Notes under the pieces: generated by a model
Told to the model about the DNA's origin: nothing
The model's input: the letters and a program-made list of their open reading frames with translations, nothing else
The model's database searches: none
Assembly: GCA_002269645.1 (NCBI GenBank)
Contig: NIVC01002611.1
Location: 92,916 to 156,915, forward strand
From: Macrostomum lignano
Lineage: Eukaryota
Reading direction: 5' to 3'
DNA: 64,000 nucleotides
Part shown: piece after piece, positions 11,516 to 24,347 of the stretch
How the letters are laid out: the number at the start of each line of letters is the position of its first letter
How positions within the stretch are numbered: position 1 is the first letter of the stretch
Translations under genes and position numbers: made by a program

Positions 11516-12013
11516 TCAAACGCCAGATCGCTTGGCGCTAGGCCGCTGCAGCACCGCTCGCATGCCGCCGCCTTTGACAGAATGAAACCGCTGCGCCTGG
11601 GCGCTGTCCACCGCCCAAGGATTGTCCGTCCCGGTTGTGTCCTGATCAACCAGATGCGTGTACTTTGTCCGGCCAGCCCGGCCAAAGTTCTTCACCTGCA
11701 TAACCTTGGGCAACACGCTTTTGTCAAAGTGGTCCTCCAGCGTTGGCTTGGTGACGTCGCGGCGCAACAAGTCGTTGTCGCCGTCCAAGAAGAAAGCGCC
11801 GCGGTGGTAGTACTTCTGCAGATACTTGTACTTGCCTTTGTCCGCCTTGTTGTCGATTACCTTCGGCCGTCTGCGCTGCTCGGCCAGCCGCTCCTCTTCC
11901 GTCATGTTGCGCAGCCGCTGCAGCTCCTCCTGCTCTCGCTGGCGGGCCTCGCGTTCCTCTCTGTCGCGCTTCAGCCGCTTCAGCTCGCGCAGCTTCCACG
12001 CCTCATAGGCCAC
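11516..12013 (-). CDS. MFAP1: Microfibrillar-associated protein 1 (spliceosomal B-complex protein, Spp381-like), exon 2
   Basis: Acceptor cacctcAG|GTG at 12015/12014, phase 0. YEAWKLRELKRLKRDREER..KYKYLQKYYHRGAFF..PTLEDHFDKSVLPKVMQVKNFGRAGRTKYTHLVDQDTT is the conserved MFAP1 C-terminal domain. Stop TGA at 11516. Confidence 0.96.
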   Translation of the reverse strand: MAYEAWKLRELKRLKRDREEREARQREQEELQRLRNMTEEERLAEQRRRPKVIDNKADKGKYKYLQKYYHRGAFFLDGDNDLLRRDVTKPTLEDHFDKSVLPKVMQVKNFGRAGRTKYTHLVDQDTTGTDNPWAVDSAQAQRFHSVKGGGMRAVLQRPSAKRSGV

Positions 12014-12548
12014 CTGAGGTGCGGGAAATGTTTGAAATAGCAAACCATTGTAGAAGAGCATCTTGTATGACATCACACAAAAGAAGAGATTGTTTCCAGA
12101 TCTCGTACTAGAAAAGATTCTTGCCCCATCTTCTAGGAGAAGAGATTGTTTCCAAAGCTTGTACTAGAAAAAATCATTGTCCCATCTTCTAGAAGACATT
12201 GTTTCCAGATTTTGTACTAGAAAAGATTCTTGTCACCTCTTTTAGGAGAAGAGAAGACCATTTTTAGCAGATGGATTGTTTCCAGATCTTGTACGTAAGA
12301 AAAGTCTTTTAAGATATTTTTGAAGATGAAATTTGTCTCTCTCTACATCTTTTAGGATAGGGATTTTTTCTAAATCTTCATCTAGTAGATCTCCTTAGAT
12401 ATTCGATTCTAGGAAATAAGATTTCTTCCAAGATCTTTTAGAAGAGAAAATTTTCCTATCTGCTAAAAGAGAAGAATCTAGCTTCCCAGATCTACTAGGA
12501 GAAGAGAAAACAACAGATTGAACTGAATGCATGAGCTGCCGCTCAGAC

Positions 12549-13658
12549 CTCGTCGTCCTCTTCGTCGGCCGAATCGACGTTGTCGAACGCTGCAGCCAGG
12601 GCCTTCGCCTCCTCGGCCTCTTGGCGCGCCTCCGCCCGCACGAGTTGCAGCGTGGTCGAACGCCGCTCCTCGGCCACGTACGACGGCGTTTCCGTTGATG
12701 CCACGGCCGACGCGCCGCCGGTGGGAGCTTCGCTGGCGCTAGCGGGCACGGCCGGGCCCTGCTGGCCGACTGTGACCCGGTCGCGCCGGCGGACAAACAC
12801 CGGCTTGAGCCGCGGCTGGGCCTCGTCCTCGTCGCTGGTGTACTCCTCCTCAGTTAATTCCTCGTCTCCGTCGCTGCCAGCGCCGCTGCTGCCGCTGCCG
12901 GCCGCGCCGCCCTCTTCCTGGCGGGCCATCAGTTCCTCTTCGACTTCGCGCTGCTTGGCGCGCATCCGCAGCATCGCGCGCCGGTGTTCCAGCTCGGCCT
13001 CGTCCAGCTGCTCTTCGTCGTCTTCGTTGGCGCCACCGCCGGCAGCGGCGGAGCCTCTCTGCTGTTGCTGCTGCTGCTGGTGATGGTGATCGTAGCCGCC
13101 AACGTCGGCGACGGCCTCGCCGCGGTAGCGCCGGTGCCGCTCAAGCCGGTCCAGCTCCTCCTCGTCGGAGTCGTCCGAGTAGCCCGACCCGTCGTCGTCG
13201 CCGGCCTCCGAGTCGTCTTCGTCGTCGTCTTCGTCGGCTGCAGCTCCTCGGCGGCGGCGTCGGCCGGCGCGCGAACCGGCCGCCGCCATCAGGCGTTGAA
13301 GCCGACGATCGCGCGGATCGGCCGTCAACTCGGACACGGCCGGCCTGGCTGACGGGTGTCCGGCCGCGACCGGTTCTCTCCTTGGACGAACGAACGGGTC
13401 GTCGGCTGAGGCGGCGGACGCTCGCGGGCGCCTGTCCAGCTGCTCGCCCTGCTGCTCGTCGTCATAGTCGGAGTCGTCCTCGCCGCCGCCGCCAGCGCCG
13501 CCGTCGCCAAAGTCCGGCCGCTTGCCGGCTACGTAGCGCTTCACTTTCACTTTTTCTAAGTACATCTCGCCCTTCTCTGTGCGCACTGGCACCGCGCCGG
13601 CCGTGCTGAGCACCGGGACTCGGGAGCGCCAATTGGCCAGATTTCTGCGGAAGCTCAT
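12549..13658 (-). CDS. MFAP1: Microfibrillar-associated protein 1, exon 1 (ATG at 13658)
   Basis: STAGAVPVRTEKGEMYLEKVKVKRYVAGKRPD is the MFAP1 N-terminal signature and PRLKPVFVRRRDRVTV is the central motif. Donor GAG|GTCTGA at 12548 is GT but non-consensus; an in-frame stop follows immediately. The total protein is 535 aa. Confidence 0.93.
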
Positions 13659-14035
13659 TGCTGCTCCTAGTAGCTTCAATTAATATGTGTTGATTGTCTG
13701 CTGTCTCTGTCTAGATTTTCTAGCGAGATTCAAAATGTTCTTCAGCATAAATACGAAATGGCAGTGAAATGGCATCAGAATTCATGGTAGATTAGTGCAG
13801 TGAATGATGAATTTTGAGCCCCATAGCAAGATGGGCTTGTCTATTAGGGATTAGCGTTAGTTGAGGGAAGAATTTCCCACTTTAAGTGATATAGGGAATT
13901 TCCTACTCAGACAAGAGAATTTTTTCTTCGAAAATGGAATTTCTTATTCAAAGAAATGAAGTTCCCATCCAAAGAAGGGAATTCTAACTTAAAGAATGGA
14001 ATTTCTTACTCAAAGAAGGAAATATTCAACCTAAA

Positions 14036-14370
14036 AACAGGGAATTTCCCACTCAAAGGGAATTTTTCACTCAAAGAAGGGAGTTTTTCACTCAAAGAAG
14101 GGAGTTTTTCACTCAAAGAAGGGAATTTTTCACTCAAAAAAGGGAATTTTTCACTCAAAGAAGGGAATTTTTCACTCAAAGAAGGGAATTTTTCACTCAA
14201 AGAAGGGAGTTTTTCACTCAAAGAAGGGAGTTTTTCACTCAAAGAAGGGAATTTTTCACTCAAAAAAGGGAATTTTTCACTCAAAGAAGGGAATTTTTCA
14301 CTCAAAGAAGGGAGTTTTTCACTCAAAGAAGGGAATTTTTCACTCAAAGAAGGGAATTTTTCACTCAAAG
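14036..14370. repeat. 21-bp minisatellite (TTTTCACTCAAAGAAGGGA(A/G)T)n
   Basis: 21-bp period (FSLKEGN translation). Confidence 0.95.
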
Positions 14371-15390
14371 AAATGAAGTTTCCATCCAAAGGGAACTTTC
14401 CACCCAAGGCAGGAATTTCTCACATAAAGAAGGGAATTACCCACTCAAAATAAGAGAATTACTTATTAAAAAAGAAAGAGTATAATTTCAATCCTGATGC
14501 TAATGGTAGATTTTTTCACTCTAATAAGTAGACTAAGTGTCCAATTAAAGACGAATAATTAAAAAAAAGGTTTAAAAAATCGATTCAATATAGCGAGTTT
14601 AAACAGACGTTATAACATCAAAGTATATTTATATAGCTAAATAATAACAAGTGTACAAATACAGGTAAATAGCGCTTGAGAATAGAAGGCCAAGTCAAGC
14701 AGACCATGGCCCGAGATGCATTGATAAAGAACAGTGCACAGATAAAGTTTTAATCGCGATGACTGAGCTGCATGACGGATGATGATGAGGGAAATCAATG
14801 GCATCAACTATGCGAGTCAGTGAGCATCACAAATCATCACCATTCACTTAGGGCAATACGTCGTAGTAGCCCTCAGGCCTAAAAAATTGTAATAATAAAC
14901 CTAGCAAGCTATAAAACACAATTTAGCGGAAATACTGAACTGCATATATTTATGATTCTGTTTCCATAGCAACAAGTTCATAAGGCGCGTGCTCGAGTAT
15001 AGAAAAGACCGGGTTAGTTTAGTATAGTACAAATGAGGTGATTGACACCTGTGATAGAATAAATAGTTCCACAAAGGTCATGTTGCTGTGCTCCATCTGT
15101 GCGATCATTCAGCAGTAATAAAACTGTACAAGGTGAGAGAGAGTATAGATAAGCTACTAACAGTAGCAAAGATGACACAATTAAAAGAAATAGGTGAAGC
15201 AGCAGTTAAGAGAGGTAACACAAGTGCGCTGATAAATGCTATAATACCAGCTACATTTAGTAATAAATAGATGATAAATATTATATAAAACTACTAAATC
15301 CGACTGATAAGTCATGTTAACATTGAAATTTCGCATTTTCAACACTGAAGTCGTAATCCTCGAGTTAGAATCGGACATTTGAACCTCCTT

Positions 15391-16190
15391 CCTGGCTACT
15401 ACCCTAGCAACCATCAGCTGGTAAACCTGGCTACTACCCTAGCAACCATCAGCTGGTAAACCTGGCTACTACCCTAGCAACCATCAGCTGGTAAACCTGG
15501 CTACTACCCTAGCAACCATCAGCTGGTAAACCTGGCTACTACCCTAGCAACCATCAGCTGGTAAACCTGGCTACTACCCTAGCAACCATCAGCTGGTAAA
15601 CCTTCACCTGGGCTACCCTAGCAACCATCAGCTGGTAAACCTGGCTACTACCCTAGCAACCATCAGCTGGTAAACCTGGCTACTACCCTAGCAACCATCA
15701 GCTGGTAAACCTTCACCTGGGCTACCCTAGCAACCATCAGCTGGTAAACCTGGCTACTACCCTAGCAACCATCAGCTGGTAAACCTGGCTACTACCCTAG
15801 CAACCATCAGCTGGTAAACCTTCACCTGGGCTACCCTAGCAACCATCAGCTGGTAAACCTTGCTACTACCCTAGCAACCATCAGCTGGTAAACCTGACTA
15901 CTACCCTAGCAACCATCAGCTGGTAAACCTGACTACTACCCTAGCAACCATCAGCTGGTAAACCTGACTACTACCCTAGCAACCATTAGCTGGTAAACCT
16001 TCACCTAGGCTACCCTAGCAACCATCAGCTGGTAAACCTTCACCTGGGCTACCCTAGCAACCATCAGCTGGTAAACCTTCACCTGGGCTACCCTAGCAAC
16101 CATCAGCTGGTAAACCTTCACCTGGGCTACCCTAGCAACCATCAGCTGGTAAACCTTCACCTGGGCTACCCTAGCAACCATCAGCTGGTG
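15391..16190. repeat. 35/40-bp minisatellite (CTGGCTACTACCCTAGCAACCATCAGCTGGTAAAC)n with a CTTCAC-containing variant
   Basis: Tandem units read directly. Confidence 0.95.
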
Positions 16191-17027
16191 AACCCGAGTT
16201 CCAGGTATTCCAATCCCAAATTTATCTAAAAAACTGACTCGCTCGTCAAACTCTTTTGACGAATTGAAAAAGGCAAATATACCAATGAACTAAGAGCGTG
16301 ACACACGAGACCAGAAAAGTAGAACATCAAAAACTTAATGATATATTATTATTAATTTTGTGATACATCAATAGCGGCCAAATAAAAATCATTTTACAAA
16401 GTATATAATCGATTGCGCAAATAAAATAGAATAAAAGCATATGATATGTATGCATTAAGCGTACCAGTTATTAACCTTTGATTTTCTTGCAGTTCTATCA
16501 GTTTTGTTAATAATTATCATTTGGCTTCTGCTTCGACAAGCCCTTACTTAATGTTGATCTGTTATTAGTTATTCGGAATATAAAATACAGCTAGGCAGAC
16601 AAGCGGATAGGTTAAAATAAAACATATAACAATTGAAGGCCACCCAGGTGAACTAAAGGCTTAAATACTAATTAATATAAGCGTGCATCATGAGTATAGA
16701 TTATGAAGATGGACACAACTGACAATTAATTTGAGTTCAAGCATAAATACAATGATAAAAATAGGACTCAAAAAACGCAAAACGTCTGTGATTCTATGTG
16801 CCTGTGTACATGCACTTTAGCGCGCCGTTAAGACAGACACTGAGGTAACAGAGGGTGACAAACACGGCATTTACACGCAAGCCCCGATGAAAACGCTACC
16901 CAGGCCAAGAAGCGTCCAGAGTCACTTGCACGAAAGAAGTGACTCCACAGACGATTCCGAAACGACGAGATGTCACGGTACAAGTCGCCCAAAAGTCGTC
17001 AAAGAGTGCACATTTTCCACTGGTCAA

Positions 17028-17836
17028 TTTCCCATGACCTGACCTATTTCCATGACCTGAACAATTTCCATGACCTGACCCATTTCCATGACCTGACCCA
17101 TTTCGATGACCTGACCCATTTTCCATGATCTGACACATTTCCATGACTTGACCCATTTCCATGACTTGACCCATTTCCATGACCTGACCAATTTCCATGA
17201 CTTGACCCATTTCAATGACCTGACCCATTTTCCGTGACCTGACCTACTTCCCATGACCTGACCTATTTCGATGACCCGACCCATTTCAATGACCTGATCC
17301 ATTTCCATGACCTGACCTATTTCCCATGACCTGACCCATTCGATGACTTAACCAATTTAAACAGGATTAATCAACATTAATCCATGACCTGACTCATTTC
17401 GATGACTTGACCCATTTCGATGACCTGACCAATTTCCATGACCTGACCCATTTCGATGACCTGACCCATTTCGATGACCTGACCAATTTCCATGACCTGA
17501 CTCATTTCGATGACTTGACCCATTTCGATGACCTGACCAATTTCCATGACCTGACCCATTTCGATGACCTGACCCATTTCGATGACCTGACCCATTTCGA
17601 TGACCTGACCCATTTCGATGACCTGACCAATTTCCATGAACTGACCCATTTCCATGACTTGACCCATTTCGATGACCTGACCCATTTCCATGACCTGACC
17701 AATTTCCATGACCTGACCAATTTCCATGAACTGACCCATTTCCATGACCTGACCAATTTCCCATGACCTGACCCATTTCCATGACCTGACCGATTTCCAT
17801 TTCCATGACCTGACCCATTTCGATGACCTGACCCAT
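17028..17836. repeat. 18-bp minisatellite (CCATTTC(C/G)ATGACCTGAC)n downstream of the Smad stop
   Basis: 18-bp period. It explains the MGQVIE/THFDDL ORFs. Confidence 0.94.
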
Positions 17837-18058
17837 AGTGAAAGTTAAGCGCCTACAAAACGACTCTTGGATGACTCTTTCGCGCCTCTTTTATACGATT
17901 GCACAACTCACTTGTGACGCAACAATCGCCTCTAACTACGCGAATCACTAGCGAGTTGTTTGCAACGACCTTTTTAGCGAGTCTTCAACGTTTTCAACGG
18001 GAGCGAAACAAGTCAGTGTACAACAGTTAGACAGAGACTATACAAGAGGCGATACAGA

Positions 18059-19053
18059 CTAGGCATTGAAGCTGAGCATAACCTCCAGCCAGCAGGGACA
18101 ATAGATGATGTCCTGTCTCTGATAGGCCGCTCCGAAGCCTTTCACAAAGCTCAGGCGGACAGTGAACGGGTCGGCGGCGGCCGGGGAGCACAGCTGGTTC
18201 AGCTGGCCGAGGCGGCGGGCCCGGCACAGCAGTCCGGCAGCTGAAGAGTCGAAAGCCTTCAAGCAGTAGCCAGGCGGCAGCTTCACGGCCTGATAGGGCC
18301 CGGCGCTAGATGCCGCCGCGGATGACAACGACAGAGGCTGCAACGTCGGCGAGTGGACAAACACGGCGTGGTCGGATTGATTGAAGATCATCAGCTCCGT
18401 GGCGTCCGTCGCCGCGTCGTCGCCAACGTCGTCGTTATTGACGTCCCCGTCGCTGTCGTCTTCGAATTCGAACTGGCATCGCTTCTGACGGTGCTGTCGT
18501 CGGCGTCGACGTCGGCGCCGTACCAGCGCCACCCCGGCGCCAATTTTGGCGCGAGTCTTGGCGGCCTGTCTGGCCAATTCGCCATCGGGATCGACGGCTA
18601 CGCCGGCGGGAACGGCAGCGGCGGCGGTTGCAGCGGCGGCCGACAGGGACTCCAGCGACATCACGCTGTCGCTTCCGGTTCCGGCTACTGGACCGCGCTG
18701 GCAGATGCGGAACACGGAGTCTCGAACCCGGGCTAACTGACCGATCCGGCTGCGGCCTTCCCAGTAGGCCACTGCGCACCAGTAGGCCTGATGCCGCTGC
18801 TCTGACAGGGCTGCATTAACGTTGCCTGCGGTTTCGGCATCCGCCATGGAAGCCGCTGCGGCAGTGGACGAGTGCGCATCGGACACCGAAGCGGAGTAGC
18901 AGCAGCAGCAAGAGCAGCAGCTGCAACTGCCGCAGCCTCCGCCGCCGCTGCTGCTGCCGCCGCTGCAAGTGTCCCGATGCTGCTGCTGATGCTGCTGGAC
19001 GGCGCTGCTAGTTGTGGTGAGCCAACTTTTGCGGCTGGCCGACAGTAGCGAGT
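18059..19053 (-). CDS. smad6/7: Inhibitory Smad (Smad6/7-like), exon 3: linker plus MH2 domain, stop TAG at 18059
   Basis: Acceptor accgcAG|AC at 19055/19054, phase 1. WCAVAYWEGRSRIG, KTRAKIGAGVAL, IFNQSDHAVFVHSPTL, VKLPPGYCLKAFD and FTVRLSFVKGFGAAYQRQDIIYCPCWLEVML match MH2. There is no C-terminal SSxS motif, which indicates the I-Smad class. Confidence 0.93.
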
Positions 19054-19086
19054 CTGCGGTTTCAACAGAGGTCAAGGTGGATAACT

Positions 19087-20008
19087 GGGCTTGAAAGTGG
19101 ATAACAGCCTGAAGGGGGATAACAGCCTGAAGGGGGATAACAGCCTGAAGGGGGATAACAGCCTGAAGGGGGATAACAGCCTGAAGGGGGATAACAGCCT
19201 GAAGGGGGATAACAGCCTGAAGGGGGATAACAGCCTGAAGGGGATAACACTCAGTCTGAAGGGGATAACAGCCTGAAGGGATAACAGCCTGAAGGGGATA
19301 AAAGCCTGAGGGGATAACAGCCTAAAGATGATAACAGCTTAAAGGGGATAACAGGGCTTGAAAGTGGATAAAAGACTGAAGGGGGATAACAGCCTGAAGG
19401 GGGATAACAGCCTGAAAGGGATAACACTCAGTCTGAAGGGGATAACAGCCCGAAGGGGATAACACTCAGTCTGAAGGGGATAACAGCCTGAAGGGGATAA
19501 CAGCCTGAAGGGGATAACAGCCTGAGGGGGGTGACAGCCTGAAGGGATAACAGCCTGAAAGGGATAACACTCAGTCTGAAGGGGATAAACAGTCTGAAGG
19601 GGATAACAGCCTGAAGGGATAACAGCCTGAAGGGATAACAGCCTGAAGGGATAACACTCAGTCTGAAGGGGATAACAGCCTGAAGGGGGGTGACAGCCTG
19701 AAGGGATAACAGCCTGAAGGGGATAACAGCCTGAAGGGATAACAGCCTGAAGGGGATAACAGCCTGAGGGGGGTGACAGCCTGAAGGGATAACAGCCTGA
19801 AAGGGATAACACTCAGTCTGAAGGGGATAAACAGTCTGAAGGGGATAACAGCCTGAAGGGATAACAGCCTGAAGGGATAACAGCCTGAAGGGATAACACT
19901 CAGTCTGAAGGGGATAACAGCCTGAAGGGGATAACAGCCTGAAGAGATAACAGCCTGAAGGGATAACAGCCTGAAGGGGATAACAGCCTGAAGGGATAAT
20001 AGCCTGAA
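19087..20008. repeat. 17-18-bp minisatellite (GGGGATAACAGCCTGAAG)n filling Smad intron 2
   Basis: Tandem units occupy nearly the whole 19054-20078 intron. Confidence 0.95.
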
Positions 20009-20078
20009 TTTTGTGAATGACCCAATCTGTGATTCATGCAACCGGCTACAGCAGGTTATCGCATAAAAAAAGCCTTAC

Positions 20079-20177
20079 CGCTACTGCAGCCAGATGAGGA
20101 CACTTCATTGTCTGACAGGGCAATCAGAGGCTGCTTCAGCTCCAGCTCACTCAGTCTGTCAATCAGGCTGTGCAGAT
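20079..20177 (-). CDS. smad6/7: Inhibitory Smad, exon 2 (99 bp linker exon)
   Basis: Acceptor ctctaatttacAG and donor G|GTAAGG. Phase 1 to phase 1 bridges exons 1 and 3 in frame: (D)LHSLIDRLSELELKQPLIALSDNEVSSSGCSS. Confidence 0.8.
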
Positions 20178-22556
20178 CTGTAAATTAGAGAAAACAGTAG
20201 TAATAGTAAAATGAAATAAAACAAAACATATTGCTTTAACAGTTTCCGACCTGCCCTATTTGACCATTTAACACGGCTGTAGGGCGCAGATAAAAGCAGA
20301 GGATGGACCCACCGGGAAGCAGCTAGTTCTGTTTATTTATACCACTGTGCACAACGCTGCCTTAGTTTATATGGACAGGTAGGGCTATAAATGGGAATAG
20401 CCAAGCCAAGGTACTGAAACTACCGTACATATTAGAATATTACAAATATTTTAGCTTCGGTCAAACAAACAGAAAGACCCATGGGCCATATAGTTATATA
20501 AGCGTTGCCAATATCAAAGCAAACAGAGCTGGGACTTTCATCTCAGAATTGAAAATGCTCGAATTGATTGATTGATCGATTGATTGAATTAAAGCCAATA
20601 AACGCTTCTGGCTATATTGGCTAAGCGACCGGAACCTCACTGTTAAAAGGTCCATATTCAATCATTCGATCAAGAGTTTTCGATCAACAAAGCCAAAGAA
20701 GAGAGGCGGAGTCTGGACAGGGCAAACAGACGCTGTCATAATCGAGCATGCATATAAAGCGACATGAAGGACATGAAGGATTATCGATAAACAAAAACAC
20801 GCACACACACACCTGGGGCCTTGGACCCATAGTGCGATCATTCTCTCTATAACATTGCATAGGGAAGGGCGGCAGTGGATGATGGGCCAGAGAGAGGCTG
20901 GATGATGATGAATTAGAGAAATTGAGTGCCGCGGGATGATGGAGAAGGCGCCAGGCAGGAGGAGGAGGGGGTTAATTTAAGCAGCCGCTTCTAGAGTTAA
21001 TGACGATGAGAACGGAAAGAAGGCAATGATGATAGCTGCCGCACAATTGAATTTGGATAGCTGCATAAATGCTGGTACCTCGTAGCCGCTTTAAAACTAA
21101 TCGAAATGAAATACGCAAGCATTGAATAATTGCTTGACAAAAAAGGCAGGCAGGCAGGCAGGCAGAGATCAAAAGGAAGGCGACGGCTCCTGCGCCGGCG
21201 CCAGCGAAAATCAAAGCAATCAACGAACGAACGAGAAAAACACGGGAGTCGCTACAAAATGTGGAGATAGCAATGAATCGAAATAGCCAGACAGATGCGG
21301 ACTAACGGCGCCTGATCAGATCATAGATAGCAGAGACTGAACAGTCAGTCAGTTGAGACAGCTTAATGCTTGAAGAGTTACTTGAACTGAGACAGACACA
21401 GACAGTTATATATAGGCACCAGCGGGGCAAGTGAATGCGAATAAATGCAAATTTGAGCCGGCTAAACAGCCAAGCTTAGAGCAGCCCGCAGTCGCCGCCC
21501 GCCGGTTAGCCCGACTGACGCCCTGATGCGATGGCGCCGAGATAACCCCCCCCCCCGGTCGGAGCCGCCACCGCCGCCCCGTCTTCTCTTATATACTGTA
21601 TTCTCTATATAGACTGCCTGTGTGGCGTCTTGCCTGGCAACACATAAACAGTTAAAGGGAGAACAGCTGCAGCAGTCACAGAAACAATAAATCTAATAGA
21701 ATTAGGGATTTAGAGAGTAAGAATACTGAGCTAGGTAGTCTAGACCGCCTGCTTCTCTTTTCTAGGGGACTTTTTATTGCTGCTTTTTTCTACTTCTCAA
21801 CTATCCTTAGCCCTACAAACAGACAGCAGAATTACAATCCGAAAGCGAAATTCAAAATAGGCATCAGAATTCGGATATGTGAAAGATTGTGCAGATAGAT
21901 AGGTATTGCATTTAGGGGAACAGATAGCGGTAAGGAAGAACGAGAGCTATATGATAGAAAGGACAAAATATACACACATATAGGGAGAAAGATATAGTCT
22001 AAATTTCAGGGGGAAGTCTGTCATCCCATGGCTTTTACTGAAAGCGCGCCCAGTAGAACTATGGCATGGGTATTAATAACATTGCGTGCAAAGGTTTACA
22101 AGCCAGCCGAAAAATATACACGAAACTACACGATAGCGGCATATTTACAGGCCTAGGCTAAGGCTTGCTATCTATTCTGTTCTACCCCAGCCACCCGGCT
22201 ACATAGCCACTTAATCTGGTGGACTACTAGAAGAGATTAGCTTATAAAATATAGAAGATATTTCTTGCATTCAAATATCAGAAAATGCAATCAGACTAAT
22301 CGGTTATTTGATTAGGTCTATAGCTTGATTTAATAACGCAATGCTTCCACATTTATGTCATTGAGTTTGTCTATATTTGAGACAGATTTTAGACCGTGTG
22401 CCCACAATTTCAGACAACTAGGTTTGACTGATATTAATTACGAGTATTGTGACATTGAACTATCGAAGACCTGTAAATACCGATTTTATCGCCGCTTAAC
22501 ATTATTTTAGGAGCCGCTAAGCATCAAGGATGAGTTAAACATGATTTAGGATCCGA

Positions 22557-23435
22557 TAAACATGATTTAGGATCCGATAAACATGATTTAGGATCCGATA
22601 AACATGATTTAGGATCCGATAAACATGATTTAGGATCCGATAACATGATTTAGGATCCGATAAACATGATTTAGGATCCGATAAACATGATTTAGGATCC
22701 GATAAACATGATTTAGGATCCGATAAACATGATTTAGGAACCGATAAACATCCTTTAGAAGCCGTTAAAGTATCATTTAGGAGCGGATAAACCTGATTTA
22801 GGATCCGATAAACATCCTTTAGAAGTCGTTAAGCATCATTTAGGAGCTGATAAACATGATTTAGGATCCGATAAACATCCTTTAGAAGCCGTTAAGCATC
22901 ATTTAGGAGCGGATAAACCTGATTTAGGATCCGATAAACATCCTTTAGAAGCCGTTAAGCATCATTTAGGAGCGGATAAACCTGATTTAGGATCCGATAA
23001 ACATCCTTTAGAAGCCGTTAAGCATCATTTAGGAGCGGATAAACCTGATTTAGGATCCGATAAACATCCTTTAGAAGTCGTTAAGCATCATTTAGGAGCG
23101 GATAAACATGATTTAGGATCCGATAAACATCCTTTAGAAGCCGTTAAGCATCATTTAGGAGCGGATAAACCTGATTTAGGATCCGATAAACATCCTTTAG
23201 AAGCCGTTAAGCATCATTTAGGAGCGGATAAACCTGATTTAGGATCCGATAAACATCCTTTAGAAGCCGTTAAGCATCATTTAGGAGCGGATAAACCTGA
23301 TTTAGGATCCGATAAACATCCTTCAGAAGTCGTTAAGCATCATTTAGGAGCGGATAAACATGATTTAGGAGCCGTAAACCTGATTTAGGAGCCGATAAAC
23401 ATGAGTTAGGAGCCGAAAAACGTGATTTAGAAGCC
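22557..23435. repeat. 21-bp minisatellite (TAAACATGATTTAGGATCCGA)n switching to a 63-bp (3x21) higher-order repeat
   Basis: Homogeneous 21-mers to ~22740, then repeating triplets of diverged 21-mers. Confidence 0.93.
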
Positions 23436-24180
23436 GTGAACACCAATTGACGCGTATGCTATTGTTCAAGCGCCATCCTTACATTTCGGGCCAATAAATT
23501 CTTCGCCCAAAGCAAACGCATTGCGTCCCTCACATCTTTTTGTTTGTTTGTCAAAAAGGTGACGGAGGAATAGAGAGAGGGGGACTATGAAAATATCTGT
23601 ATATAAATGTATAACCTCGGAAGACATTTTATAGGTGTACATCTATTAGGATTGCAGAATTTCAAGCATTTAGAAATGGAATGGCCTCCAGCTGTTAACA
23701 CACGGTGACTTGTGTGAGTATGTGCTGAGTGTTGGTGGCAGGGCTGTGACCGGGGAAGGGCAGACCAGGAAGGGGAGCAGCTCTGGGGGGTCTGGGGGCG
23801 CGGGGCTTAGAGGCCAAAGCTCCATATAAGATTAGCCCCGCTACTCCGCGCGTGCCAACAGCTGCGCTTTGCTGCGTTCAAACAGAAAAAAAGAAAAAAG
23901 AAAACGGGAATTAATAGAATAGGGTAAATGCCAATAGGAAAAGTGAGAGGCGCGAAAGACACTCCCTTAGCCTCTAATTCCCCCCCCTCCCCGGCAATGG
24001 AACAGGCACAGAGATCCGCAATGAAATAAATGGAATGCGTTCAGAGGCGCGTGTGAGAGGGCGAGAGGGATTATCACACCTTCGGAGGGAAGGAATGCTA
24101 GGTCTGTTATTACTATTAGTATTGCTCAACATAACCACATAAGAGTACGCTCGTAAGCAGTGTGTGGGCTTGCTAAGCAC

Positions 24181-24347
24181 AAACTATCAGAAGCGCGCAA
24201 GCCGTTAGAAGCGCGCACTGTCAGAAGCGCAAACTATCAGAAGCGCGCAAGCCGTTAGAAGCGCGCAGTCAGAAGCGCAAACTATCAGAAGCGCGCAAGC
24301 CGTTAGAAGCGCGCACTGTCAGGAGCGCAAACTATCAGAAGCGCGCA
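24181..24347. repeat. Short ~50-bp composite tandem repeat built of AGAAGCGCGC sub-units
   Basis: About three copies visible. Confidence 0.8.

Noticed and set aside
16890-18010. Possible MITE enclosing the 18-bp array downstream of the Smad stop
   Set aside because: No matching TIRs or TSD could be identified.
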